This document shows positions 1 to 8,624 of a DNA stretch of 34,154 bases, piece after piece; the first letter of the stretch is position 1; every line of letters begins with the position of its first letter. Under the pieces are notes generated by a model that worked only from the letters and a program-made list of their open reading frames with translations, made no database searches and was not told the origin of the DNA. The stretch is taken from NCBI GenBank assembly GCA_964632625.1, contig CAZWCK010000001.1, positions 1 through 34,154 of the forward strand. Direction: 5' to 3'. Source of the stretch: an uncultured Oscillospiraceae bacterium (GTDB lineage: Bacteria; Bacillota; Clostridia; Peptostreptococcales; Anaerovoracaceae). Both the position numbers and the translations under genes were made by a program.

Positions 1-318
1 TTTGCAACTGTTGGCTGGGAATTATCAGATGATGAAAAATTAATTTCTACTACTCCATTGTATGCTAACACTGAAGCAGTGTACAAGTGGATGAATGCTT
101 CTGGAACAGAAAAAAGCTTTTCAACAGTTTACAGGAATCCATATTTGAAATATAAAACAGCAGAGGGTAAAAATGTATTCTTATGGTATGAGAATGAGCA
201 GAGCATGTTTGAAAAAGCTGCTCTTGCTAGAATGTTTGGAATAAATGAAATTTCAATTTGGAGACTAGGACTAATATCTAATTACAGTGGATATAGTGTA
301 TTGGATAGTTTGAAATAG
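1..318 (+). CDS. Glycoside hydrolase family 18-like protein, C-terminal fragment (5' end outside the window)
   Basis: Frame 1 is open from base 1 to TAG 316-318. The C-terminal 'FLWYENEQSMFEKAALARMFGINEISIWRLGL' resembles the end of the GH18 barrel of Firmicute spore-associated chitinase-like hydrolases (YaaH/YdhD type). Confidence 0.55.
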   Translation, partial: FATVGWELSDDEKLISTTPLYANTEAVYKWMNASGTEKSFSTVYRNPYLKYKTAEGKNVFLWYENEQSMFEKAALARMFGINEISIWRLGLISNYSGYSVLDSLK

Positions 319-354
319 TTGAAACAGAAATTCAAATATAGAGGAGATGGTATT

Positions 355-777
355 GTGAATTATAAAGTTATTTATTTTACAAGAACTGGTACTAGTAGAA
401 GAGTGGCTGAAAAAATAGCAAATAAGCTTTCTTTAGAGGCTATGGAAATTACCGATAATATGAATTGGAAGGGTATTTTTGGATTTATCAAAGGTGGATA
501 TTATGCTTCAACAAACAGGGATGTTAAAATAAAAATTCCCAGAAATTTGGATGATGCTGAGGAACTTATTGTAGTTACGCCTTTATGGGCCGGAAGAGTA
601 GCCCCTGCTATTAGCACTTTTTTAGAAACTAAAGAATTAGATAAAATACATTTAGTTGTAACTTCTGGCGGTAGTGTTTTAAAAAATCGTTTAGGATACA
701 AATCAGTTATTGATATTGTCAAAAGTAAAAACAATGAAGAGGCTGTTATTAATGATTTTTTAAATAGCTTAGAATAA
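355..777 (+). CDS. Flavodoxin-like protein
   Basis: 'KVIYFTRTGTSRRVAEKIANKL' is a flavodoxin-type FMN-binding N-terminus. GTG 355 lies 8 nt after GAGGAG (341-346). The TTG at 319 used by the ORF track directly abuts the upstream stop and has no SD. Confidence 0.7.
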   Translation: MNYKVIYFTRTGTSRRVAEKIANKLSLEAMEITDNMNWKGIFGFIKGGYYASTNRDVKIKIPRNLDDAEELIVVTPLWAGRVAPAISTFLETKELDKIHLVVTSGGSVLKNRLGYKSVIDIVKSKNNEEAVINDFLNSLE

Positions 778-826
778 GCTGATGTTTTTTCTATAGCTTC
801 AATTTAAAGAACCAAACATAAGATAT

Positions 827-870
827 AAAAATCTCATAGCTGTTAGTGGTAACGGCATTGAGATTTTTTT
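827..870. terminator. Bidirectional rho-independent terminator between convergent genes
   Basis: AAAAATCTCA-TA-GCTGTTA-gtgg-TAACGGC-AT-TGAGATTTTTTT: a long hairpin flanked by an A-run and a T-run, lying between the flavodoxin (+) and DUF2892 (-) 3' ends. Confidence 0.75.
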
Positions 871-948
871 AGTTACTTTCATAAATTCATATATTTAATT
901 TGATTGCATTTCATCTGCCTTAAGATTAGAAAGTCCTAGTTAAGAAAA

Positions 949-1143
949 TTAATTATTTTTTTTAGAATTACAGGTTGAAATTCCTAAAACATCACTAACA
1001 GGGCAGTAACGAATCAAACCTGTTATTATAGGGATTAAACCAATCAAACCCCAACTTTTTCTGAAGTATAAACCTGCAATAACGACTCCTGTGCCAATTA
1101 CAATTCTTGCAATTTGATCGGTCCTACCAACATTACATTTCAT
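949..1143 (-). CDS. DUF2892 (YgaP-like) small membrane protein
   Basis: A 64-aa protein with 'GRTDQIARIVIG' followed by two hydrophobic helices and 'RYCPV', the typical DUF2892 layout. Confidence 0.7.
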   Translation of the reverse strand: MKCNVGRTDQIARIVIGTGVVIAGLYFRKSWGLIGLIPIITGLIRYCPVSDVLGISTCNSKKNN

Positions 1144-1288
1144 TTAAATCACGTATAATCCAATTATCCTCATTTGAGGTGGTTGGATTATTTCCTTTCT
1201 CCCAACTATGTTGGGGTAATTCAATTACTTTGGTATAATAGTAAAGCACTGTGGATTTGTTCCTATTTTTTTACAGCCTTGACTGTTT

Positions 1289-1305
1289 TGAGGTGACTCA
1301 CCTCA
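1289..1305. promoter_or_regulatory. Perfect 17-bp palindrome TGAGGTGAcTCACCTCA (candidate operator) upstream of the DUF2892 gene
   Basis: Read directly from the sequence: 8-bp arms around a single central base, about 150 nt upstream of the minus-strand start at 1143. Confidence 0.35.
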
Positions 1306-1678
1306 GCGATATTTTGTGCAGTGGATTTAAATTTAATGCAAATTATTTAGAAATTCTTTAATAGTAGATGCGTTAGGGAAATATGCTGAAATAGATTTAA
1401 AAAGTTTAATGTACGTATTACATATTATTAAAATACTTGGTAATATTAACATTGAGAAGCAATTAATAACTGAATTATCTTTAGAGTATAATAAAATTTA
1501 TCGGTATAGTTAATTTTCAGCAATTTTTGTTAGATGGAACTAATTCTTTTCAAGCGTAAATCTAATTTATTAGTTGAAAGTGTAGAACCAAATATTATTT
1601 TAAAAATAATTTTACAATAAAAGGCTTAAATTAAAATTTATAAAATAGTTCAATAAACAGGAAAGGAGCTTATAAATA

Positions 1679-2080
1679 ATGGAAGAAATTTTCGACTTTT
1701 TAGAAAATAATAAATATGGAAGTCTTGCAACTTCTAAAGAAGAACAACCTTATGTAAGACCATTTGAATATGGCTTTAAAACAGATGAAGGTGTGTTTTT
1801 TTATACGTCGGATGATAAAGAAGTTTATTCACAGCTTCAGTCAAATCCAAGAGTATGCTTTTGCTCTACAGATAAGGATTTAACATATGTGCAGTTAAAA
1901 GGAGATGTGAAATTTACGGATGAAGAAAAATATAAAGATTTAATGTTATCAAAAAGTAGGAATGCACGTAAAATATATGAAACAACAGATAATTCCAGAC
2001 TTAAAGTATTTTATATGCCTCATGGGAGTGTAACAATGCATAAATATGAAACTGGATATGTAAACGATGTGAAATTTTAA
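1679..2080 (+). CDS. Pyridoxamine 5'-phosphate oxidase family (FMN-binding split-barrel) protein
   Basis: 'FLENNKYGSLATSKEEQPYVRPFEY...FFYTS' matches the PNPOx-like N-terminus. AGGAG lies 8 nt upstream of the ATG. Confidence 0.7.
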   Translation: MEEIFDFLENNKYGSLATSKEEQPYVRPFEYGFKTDEGVFFYTSDDKEVYSQLQSNPRVCFCSTDKDLTYVQLKGDVKFTDEEKYKDLMLSKSRNARKIYETTDNSRLKVFYMPHGSVTMHKYETGYVNDVKF

Positions 2081-2114
2081 AGATTAATTACATGAATTTA
2101 TAATTAAAAGCAAC

Positions 2115-2150
2115 AAAAATGCATTACTCAAATAGGATAATGCATTTTTA
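2115..2150. terminator. Bidirectional rho-independent terminator
   Basis: AAAAATGCATTA-ctcaaatagga-TAATGCATTTTT lies between the convergent PNPOx-like (+) and DUF4397 (-) genes. Confidence 0.7.
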
Positions 2151-2223
2151 TGTTTATTGTAACTATAATTCATTAGTTAATATTTGCAACAATTTTTTAG
2201 GTATATAATTTTATGGTAATATT

Positions 2224-2871
2224 TTAATTCTTACCATCTAACACAAGCAGAGCTTGCAGTTCGGGCTTTTCGCCTACAAGACCTATAGCATATACGGTAT
2301 AGAACTCATCTGATTTTAGTTCTATATTTGGCACTGTAAGAACCACTGTAGGGGTTCCTGCCAATCTAACTTGCAGTGTGTAATTTGATGAAGGAACTGC
2401 GATGTATGAAGCCGCTTGTTTAAAGGAGACGTTACTAAATAGAATAGTACCATCTAGTAATGTAATGTCTACTGCTGGAGCATTAGGGGATAAGTGCGCA
2501 AAACGAATCATTGCGTTGTTGTCTTTTATAGGAATATTAGCATCAGGAATTGAAAGAAAACCTATATCACTTAGCGTTCCGCATGCAGCAACTGTCAATA
2601 TATCATCTTTATTGACGGTTAACATATTAGACAATACAGGAACATCTTTAGTTCCAGTTACGTAAAGAGAAATTTTATAAGTTCCTTCAATCAATGGTAT
2701 ATATGCTGAATATTGACTATAGGGAAGGTTTTCTACCATTAATTTATCATCTGCGTATACGTCCACATTTGGAGCATTTGGAACTGTATGCATAATTCTA
2801 ACATAACCTAAAAAACGTTTTTGAACTTTTTGTATTCCAGAGTTTTCCGTATAAATTGGATTATAATACAT
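2224..2871 (-). CDS. DUF4397 domain-containing protein (two internal repeats)
   Basis: Two repeated modules, 'VRIMHTVPNAPNVDVYADDKL' and 'IRFAHLSPNAPAVDITLLDGT', are characteristic of DUF4397. Confidence 0.7.
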   Translation of the reverse strand: MYYNPIYTENSGIQKVQKRFLGYVRIMHTVPNAPNVDVYADDKLMVENLPYSQYSAYIPLIEGTYKISLYVTGTKDVPVLSNMLTVNKDDILTVAACGTLSDIGFLSIPDANIPIKDNNAMIRFAHLSPNAPAVDITLLDGTILFSNVSFKQAASYIAVPSSNYTLQVRLAGTPTVVLTVPNIELKSDEFYTVYAIGLVGEKPELQALLVLDGKN

Positions 2872-3016
2872 ATTTTCACCTCTTAATTTTGATAAAAATA
2901 AATTTAATATAAATTTTATTCACAATTATAATATGCAGCAATATATATTTAGGTTAAAAGTATATAAATGTTATTTTAATGCATAATAAATGATAAAATA
3001 GAAAAGAGGTGTTAGT

Positions 3017-3664
3017 ATGAAAAAATTGCTTTATATAACCGCTAATCCTAAACCAGAGAAATTATCAGCTAGTAAAACTGTTGGAAGAAATTTGGTAGAT
3101 ACATTTTTAAATCAAACTACAGATTATATATTAGAAGAAGTAGATTTGTTTCAAGATCATATTCCACAGTTAAAGCATATATATTATGAAAGTCGTAGCA
3201 CACTCATTAGTGCAGATAAAATAAAAAAATTAAACCCATTAGATCAAAAAGAAGTGCAACGTATTGTAGAACTTTGTGATCAGTTTAGAAGTGCAGATGT
3301 TTATATTTTAGCAGCTCCAATGTGGAGCCTATCATTTCCAGCCCCTGTAAAAGAGTATTTGGATTGTATTATTCAAGCAAATATGACAATAGAGTTTGAG
3401 AATGAAAAGCCACATGGAATATTGGATGATAAACCTCGAGCATTTGTATATGTGCAATCATCTGGTGCAAAAATTCCGTGGATTATAAGGCCAGCATTAA
3501 ATAAAGGAATAAATTATGTGCATGATATCATGAAATTTATTGGAATCAGCAATTTTGAAGAACTATTAGTAGACGGTACAGGTTCTGATGTTGGACAAAC
3601 ACAAGAAGCTATTGAAATGGCAAAACTAAGAACAGATGAATTGGTAAAAAAAATAATGTTGTAA
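3017..3664 (+). CDS. azoR: FMN-dependent NADH-azoreductase-like / flavodoxin-fold NAD(P)H oxidoreductase
   Basis: 'MKKLLYITANPKPEKLSASK', 'ADVYILAAPMWSLSFPAPVKEYLD' and a length of about 210 aa fit the AzoR family. GAGGTG SD upstream. Confidence 0.7.
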   Translation: MKKLLYITANPKPEKLSASKTVGRNLVDTFLNQTTDYILEEVDLFQDHIPQLKHIYYESRSTLISADKIKKLNPLDQKEVQRIVELCDQFRSADVYILAAPMWSLSFPAPVKEYLDCIIQANMTIEFENEKPHGILDDKPRAFVYVQSSGAKIPWIIRPALNKGINYVHDIMKFIGISNFEELLVDGTGSDVGQTQEAIEMAKLRTDELVKKIML

Positions 3665-3718
3665 TATAAGCACTTAAGTGTTTTTTATATGGCAACTTAT
3701 TTATGGAAATCATTACCA

Positions 3719-3747
3719 TTGACAAATGGAAAGTAAATTGGTAAAAT
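3719..3747 (+). promoter_or_regulatory. Sigma-A-type promoter of the peroxiredoxin gene
   Basis: TTGACA (3719-3724), 17-nt spacer, TAAAAT (3742-3747). Confidence 0.6.
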
Positions 3748-3752
3748 TATGC

Positions 3753-3778
3753 AATTACAATATGTATATATTGTAATT
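3753..3778. promoter_or_regulatory. Perfect 11-bp inverted repeat (candidate repressor operator) at the predicted peroxiredoxin transcription start
   Basis: AATTACAATAT-gtat-ATATTGTAATT, immediately downstream of the -10 box. Confidence 0.5.
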
Positions 3779-3838
3779 AACCGATAGACATACCTTAGGG
3801 CTTGTGGATTGAGGAAATAAATACAAAGGAGAAATTTT

Positions 3839-4480
3839 ATGAAAATAGCGCTTAGAGACAAATTTCCTGAAATGAAAGTAGAGACGACAAAGGGAACTAT
3901 TAATTTGCCAAATGATTATAAGGGCAAATGGTTTATATTGTTTAGCCATCCAGCAGATTTTACTCCTGTATGTACTACAGAATTTGTTTCCTTTCAAAAG
4001 AAAAAGAAACAGTTTAATGAATTAGGAGTAGAATTAATTGGGTTGAGTGTGGATAACTTAGAATCTCACCACAAGTGGATTCAATGGATTAAAGAAAATA
4101 TATATGTTCAAATAGAGTTTCCTATAATAGATGATGAAAATAGAAAAATTTCTGAAACTCTTGGATTGATTCATCCTAATGAAGACGATACAGCAGCAGT
4201 AAGAGCAGTAATCATAGTTGACCATAATGGAAAAGTAAGAACTATGCTTGAATATCCCAAAGAAATAGGAAGAAATATTGATGAAATATTAAGAACAGTA
4301 AGGGCTTTAAAAATGGCATCTATTAAAAAAGTTTTTTCTCCCGCAAATTGGCCGTGTAATGAAATCATAGGAGATAAAGTTCTATTTCATAGAGGCGAAG
4401 ACGATGATCCATCATTAGATAAGAAACGTGGAATATATAGTTTATCAGATTGGTTTATATATAAAAATATGGAAGAATAA
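3839..4480 (+). CDS. Peroxiredoxin (Prx6/1-Cys-like, AhpC/TSA family)
   Basis: The '[18 protein letters not shown]' peroxidatic-Cys motif and a length of about 213 aa. AAGGAG SD upstream. Confidence 0.9.
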   Translation: MKIALRDKFPEMKVETTKGTINLPNDYKGKWFILFSHPADFTPVCTTEFVSFQKKKKQFNELGVELIGLSVDNLESHHKWIQWIKENIYVQIEFPIIDDENRKISETLGLIHPNEDDTAAVRAVIIVDHNGKVRTMLEYPKEIGRNIDEILRTVRALKMASIKKVFSPANWPCNEIIGDKVLFHRGEDDDPSLDKKRGIYSLSDWFIYKNMEE

Positions 4481-4603
4481 AAATATTCTTTGACTTTTTT
4501 ACATATTTATTTAAAAAAACAGTGCGGCATGGGCTATTTTATGATATGCTAAGTGAGTAAGTTCTATTTTATAAATAGATATAATATTTTTGGAGGTAAT
4601 TGA

Positions 4604-4816
4604 ATGAGTACAGGTACAGTAAAATGGTTTAAACAAGATAAGGGCTTCGGATTTATTGCAGATGATAATGGAGGAGATGACGTTTTTGTTCATTTCTCAG
4701 CTATTCTTTCTGATGGATATAAGTCACTAAGTGAAGGACAAAAGGTTAGTTTTGACACAGAGTGTGATCCAAGAAATGGTAAACTTAAAGCAAGTAATGT
4801 TTCGGTACTGAAATAA
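4604..4816 (+). CDS. Cold-shock protein (CspA family)
   Basis: RNP1 'KGFGFI' and RNP2 'VFVHF' within '[31 protein letters not shown]'. GGAGG SD upstream. Confidence 0.95.
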   Translation: MSTGTVKWFKQDKGFGFIADDNGGDDVFVHFSAILSDGYKSLSEGQKVSFDTECDPRNGKLKASNVSVLK

Positions 4817-4882
4817 TTTTAAGCTTAAGTATACCATAAAGGCATTTTGCCAGGAAAAGTTTAAAAAGTGCTATTATAAGCT

Positions 4883-4920
4883 AAAAGCTGATTTCTATAT
4901 TGGATAGAAACCAGCTTTTT
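4883..4920 (+). terminator. Rho-independent terminator of csp
   Basis: AAAAGCTGaTTTCTA-tattgga-TAGAAAcCAGCTTTTT. Confidence 0.75.
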
Positions 4921-5085
4921 AAATAATTATCCTAAGTATTGTGATAATTGGCTACCGTTTAAATAAAGAAAATGCAAAGTTCTCAAGCTAATTTGGCATA
5001 TGCAATTATGTATTTTCCTAGGGGTTGATTTAATTTAAGTTTTTAGGTAAAATATATGTGATAAAGAATTTGGGAGGGACAAAAA

Positions 5086-5700
5086 TTGGCACAATTATAT
5101 TATAGATATAGCACCATGAATGCCGGAAAATCAATAGAATTGATAAAGGTTGCATACAACTATGAGGAAAGAGGAAAAAAAGTATTAACACTTATTCCCG
5201 GAGTGGATGACAGGTACGGCATAGGAATAGTTACTTCCCGTATAGGCATACAAAGAGAAGCTACCGTTGTCAATGAAGGCACGAATATTTTGGATTTATT
5301 CATTAAAGAGAATCAGAAGGAGAAAATTAGCTGTGTTCTTGTAGATGAGTGCCAGTTCTTAAAGAAGCATCATGTTCAGGAGTTGGCTGAAATAGTTGAC
5401 AGTTGTGATGTGCCGGTTTTGGCATATGGATTAAAAAACGACTTTATGAATGAACTTTTTGAAGGCTCGTATTATCTGCTTATTTATGCAGATAAGATAG
5501 AAGAGATAAAAACTATTTGTTGGTGCGGAAGAAAAGCTACAATGGTTGCCCGTGTAGTGAACGGGAAATTTGTCAAGACTGGTCAACAGATTGTTGTAGG
5601 AGGAAATGATATGTATATTTCCTTGTGCAGAAAGCATTATAATGATGGAAGACTAGGACCTGAATACATAGACCCATCAGCAAATAATAATCAAGACTAG
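5086..5700 (+). CDS. tdk: Thymidine kinase
   Basis: P-loop 'MNAGKS', 'VDECQF', and C-terminal zinc-ribbon cysteines 'CWCGRKAT...CRKHY'. TTG start 7 nt after GGGAGGG. Confidence 0.93.
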   Translation: MAQLYYRYSTMNAGKSIELIKVAYNYEERGKKVLTLIPGVDDRYGIGIVTSRIGIQREATVVNEGTNILDLFIKENQKEKISCVLVDECQFLKKHHVQELAEIVDSCDVPVLAYGLKNDFMNELFEGSYYLLIYADKIEEIKTICWCGRKATMVARVVNGKFVKTGQQIVVGGNDMYISLCRKHYNDGRLGPEYIDPSANNNQD

Positions 5701-5744
5701 CCTTAAAGTCTGGATTTTAAATATTATAAAAAAGGGAAAGCAAC

Positions 5745-6641
5745 TTACAATTTGCAACCCTGAAAACTTCCTCTGGATTTCAATTCATTGTGTATGGAAT
5801 TGAGGATAGTTCTTTTCTTATAGCTCCATTCAGGGGCGATAAGTATTGAACGTTTAGCATCGGCTGTTAATCTGTGAATGGTTATATCCTGAGGGATTAT
5901 CTCAAGAGCATCAACGACTAGATTCACATAATCTGAAATACAGTCAAATGGAATAAAGTCTTTGTAAAGGTTCTCCATCTGAGAGCCTTTTATTACATTT
6001 AACATATGAAGTTTAAGACCAAAGGGAGATTTTCCACATACATATTTTAAAGAAGTTAGTATTTGGGATTTATCTTCTCCTGGCAAACCAAAAATTAAGT
6101 GCACTACAGTTTTTATATTCATATTGTTAAGTCTGTTTATCGCTTTTTCAAAAACGGAAAGAGGATAACAACGATTGATAAGTTTGGCAGTCTCATCATT
6201 TGCAGTTTGCAATCCCAGTTCAATCCACAAAAATGTTTTTTTGTTTAACTCAGCCAACAATTCATAGGTTTCTTCCGATATGCAATCAGGTCTTGTGGCT
6301 ATGGCAAGCCCTATTATGTCAGTACCATCTAAAGCAGAATAAAATTTTTCTCTGAGAATTTCAGTGGGAGCATAGGTGTTTGTATGGCTTTGAAAATAGG
6401 CAATGTACTTTCCTTCCGGCCATTTTTTTGATAGCAATTGAATTTGTGAGGGTATGTCTCCGGCAAAATCACCTGAGCCTTGAGAGGAACAATATATGCA
6501 ACCACCGGTACCTTTAGAGCCATCTCTGTTTGGGCAAGTGAAACCTCCCTCAAGAGATAACTTTATTATTCTTGTTCCAAATTCATTTTTCAAATATTTA
6601 CCTATTGAGTTGAAATATGTGTCCCCAAAAATGTTTTCCAT
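5745..6641 (-). CDS. TIGR01212-family radical SAM protein (YtqA-like)
   Basis: 'CPNRDGSKGTGGCIYCS' cluster motif. The ATG at 6641 (MENIFGD...) lies 8 nt after a GGGGG SD. The TTG at 6668 in the ORF track contains that SD and is probably not the start. Confidence 0.85.
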   Translation of the reverse strand: MENIFGDTYFNSIGKYLKNEFGTRIIKLSLEGGFTCPNRDGSKGTGGCIYCSSQGSGDFAGDIPSQIQLLSKKWPEGKYIAYFQSHTNTYAPTEILREKFYSALDGTDIIGLAIATRPDCISEETYELLAELNKKTFLWIELGLQTANDETAKLINRCYPLSVFEKAINRLNNMNIKTVVHLIFGLPGEDKSQILTSLKYVCGKSPFGLKLHMLNVIKGSQMENLYKDFIPFDCISDYVNLVVDALEIIPQDITIHRLTADAKRSILIAPEWSYKKRTILNSIHNELKSRGSFQGCKL

Positions 6642-6672
6642 ATAAAATACCCCCTTAATTCTTTTCAAACAT

Positions 6673-6701
6673 TTGCAAATTGATACTATTTATGATACAA
6701 T
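6673..6701 (+). promoter_or_regulatory. Candidate sigma-A promoter of queH with extended -10
   Basis: TTGCAA (6673-6678), 17-nt spacer, TGaTACAAT (-10 at 6696-6701). It is embedded in a 10-bp inverted repeat, ACATTTGCAA ... TTGCAAATGT (6669-6717). Confidence 0.45.
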
Positions 6702-6750
6702 AATTTATTGCAAATGTGAAATGTTATTTTGAAAGGAAGTGTAAAACGCT

Positions 6751-7413
6751 TTGAACAAAGACAAGGATAAGTTTGCTTCGGAAAGTTTAAACTTTATATC
6801 TGACAAAATTTATGAACCATTCTTCACTTTTGATGATTTCAGTAATACAGAAATAAGTAAACCAAGTGTATTACTGCATAGCTGTTGTGGACCATGTAGT
6901 ACAGCAGTAATAGAAAGACTTTTGCCAGAATACAATATCACAGTATTCTTTTACAACCCAAATATAACGGATATAGAGGAATACCAAAAGAGAAAAGAAT
7001 CTCAGATTAAATTTATAAAAAAATTTAATCTACAAAACTCAAGAGGAAATCAAGTTGAATTTCTAGAGGGCACATATGAACCACAGGTATTTTATGAAGG
7101 TATAAAAGGATTAGAAAATGAGCTGGAAGGTGGACAAAGATGTGATGTGTGTTTCAGGATAAGACTTAGTGAGACTGCAAAGAATGCAAAAAACCTTAAA
7201 TATGATTTCTTTGCAACTACTTTGACTGTAAGCCCTCACAAGGATTATAATATAATTACAATGATAGGCACTGAAATATCAATGAGAGAAGGAGTTTCCT
7301 ATTTGGACATAGACTTCAAGAAAAAGGCTGGTTTTCAGAGGAGTATTGAATTGTCAAAGAAGTATTTATTGTATAGGCAGAACTACTGTGGCTGCGAATT
7401 CTCAAAATATTAA
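6751..7413 (+). CDS. queH: Epoxyqueuosine reductase QueH (DUF208)
   Basis: Cys motifs 'HSCCGPCS', 'CDVCFRIRL' and C-terminal 'YCGCEFS'. TTG start. Confidence 0.85.
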   Translation: MNKDKDKFASESLNFISDKIYEPFFTFDDFSNTEISKPSVLLHSCCGPCSTAVIERLLPEYNITVFFYNPNITDIEEYQKRKESQIKFIKKFNLQNSRGNQVEFLEGTYEPQVFYEGIKGLENELEGGQRCDVCFRIRLSETAKNAKNLKYDFFATTLTVSPHKDYNIITMIGTEISMREGVSYLDIDFKKKAGFQRSIELSKKYLLYRQNYCGCEFSKY

Positions 7414-7474
7414 AAATAAGAGTGTTGCAATGGAGGACAAATTCATTTGAGCGCTAACTAATTTGGAGGTAATA

Positions 7475-8485
7475 ATGTCAAAACTAATAGTACCGGCGGG
7501 CTATAAACCGGTAATAGATTTCATGGAAAGTCAAAGAGCAATTAAGAAAATTAAGGATTTTTTTCAGCAGGAATTAGCGTATGGGTTAAACCTGAGGCGT
7601 GTGTCTGCACCACTATTTGTAATTCCCGAGAGCGGATTAAATGATAATTTGAGCGGTGTTGAAAGAACCGTAAGGTTTGAACTTAAGGATATGGATGAAA
7701 AGCCGGTTGAAATAGTTCAATCTCTGGCAAAATGGAAGAGAATGGCTCTTGGCAAATATGAAATAAAGCCGGGAAATGGTATTTATACAGATATGAATGC
7801 CATAAGAAGAGATGAAGAACTTGATAATCTTCATTCAATCTATGTTGACCAGTGGGACTGGGAAAAGGTAATAACGAAGGAACAACGTACAGATGAATAT
7901 TTGGAAGAGGTTGTAATTACAATTTACAATGCGGTAAAAAATCTTGGTGATTATGTAAATAGATTATATAGAGATATACAGACAGAGTTGCCAAATGAAA
8001 TATATTTTGTAACATCGCAGGAATTGGAAGACAGGTACCCTGAAATGACTCCTAAGGAAAGAGAAAATGCCATTGCAGAGGAAAAAAGAGCAGTTTTTAT
8101 AAAGAAAATTGGTGGCAAATTAAAGTCAGGAGAAAAACATGATGGCAGAGCACCGGACTATGATGATTGGGAACTCAATGGTGACATAATCCTTTGGGAT
8201 GAAATACTAGAAATGGCTTTTGAAATTTCCTCTATGGGAATACGCGTGGATGAAGAAGCAATGGAAAGACAATTGAAGTTGGCAGATGCGCAGGATAGAA
8301 AAGAGTTTGAATTTCATAAAGCTATATTGAATGGAGAATTGCCATATAGTGTCGGAGGTGGTATAGGACAGAGCCGATTGTGTATGTTTTTCCTTAGAAA
8401 GGCTCATATTGGAGAAGTACAGGTATCAGTATGGCCGCAAGATATGATTCAAGAGTGCAAGAAAAATAATATATTCTTGTTGTAA
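7475..8485 (+). CDS. asnA: Aspartate--ammonia ligase (asparagine synthetase A)
   Basis: 'RRVSAPLFV', 'VDQWDWEKV' and 'GGGIGQSRLCMFFL' are AsnA signatures. ATG 7475 follows GGAGG. Confidence 0.93.
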   Translation: MSKLIVPAGYKPVIDFMESQRAIKKIKDFFQQELAYGLNLRRVSAPLFVIPESGLNDNLSGVERTVRFELKDMDEKPVEIVQSLAKWKRMALGKYEIKPGNGIYTDMNAIRRDEELDNLHSIYVDQWDWEKVITKEQRTDEYLEEVVITIYNAVKNLGDYVNRLYRDIQTELPNEIYFVTSQELEDRYPEMTPKERENAIAEEKRAVFIKKIGGKLKSGEKHDGRAPDYDDWELNGDIILWDEILEMAFEISSMGIRVDEEAMERQLKLADAQDRKEFEFHKAILNGELPYSVGGGIGQSRLCMFFLRKAHIGEVQVSVWPQDMIQECKKNNIFLL

Positions 8486-8624
8486 GCTTAATAGGTAGTA
8501 ATAGCTAAAAGGCAAGACCAACAAGTGACACTATAAGGGTGAGAGTGGGGTAATTTGTAAATTGAAGTAGGTAAACGTAGTTATTGAGAAGAACAGTGAT
8601 TAGACGGATTTTCTTTATACCTCT

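Noticed and set aside
316-357. The GH18 fragment and the flavodoxin ORF are in the same frame, separated only by TAG 316-318, which suggests a read-through fusion.
   Set aside because: The two domains have no known functional fusion. A GAGGAG SD followed by GTG 355 gives a canonical flavodoxin N-terminus. The TTG at 319 is just the first start-like codon after the stop.
1409-1513. A 34-codon ORF (MYVLHIIKILGNINIEKQLITELSLEYNKIYRYS) in the long spacer.
   Set aside because: It has no SD and an AT-rich codon make-up indistinguishable from the surrounding non-coding DNA, and I recognise no family.
3755-3997. An 80-aa minus-strand ORF spanning the peroxiredoxin promoter and 5' end.
   Set aside because: It runs antisense to a strongly supported peroxiredoxin start and promoter, and has neither an SD nor recognisable motifs.
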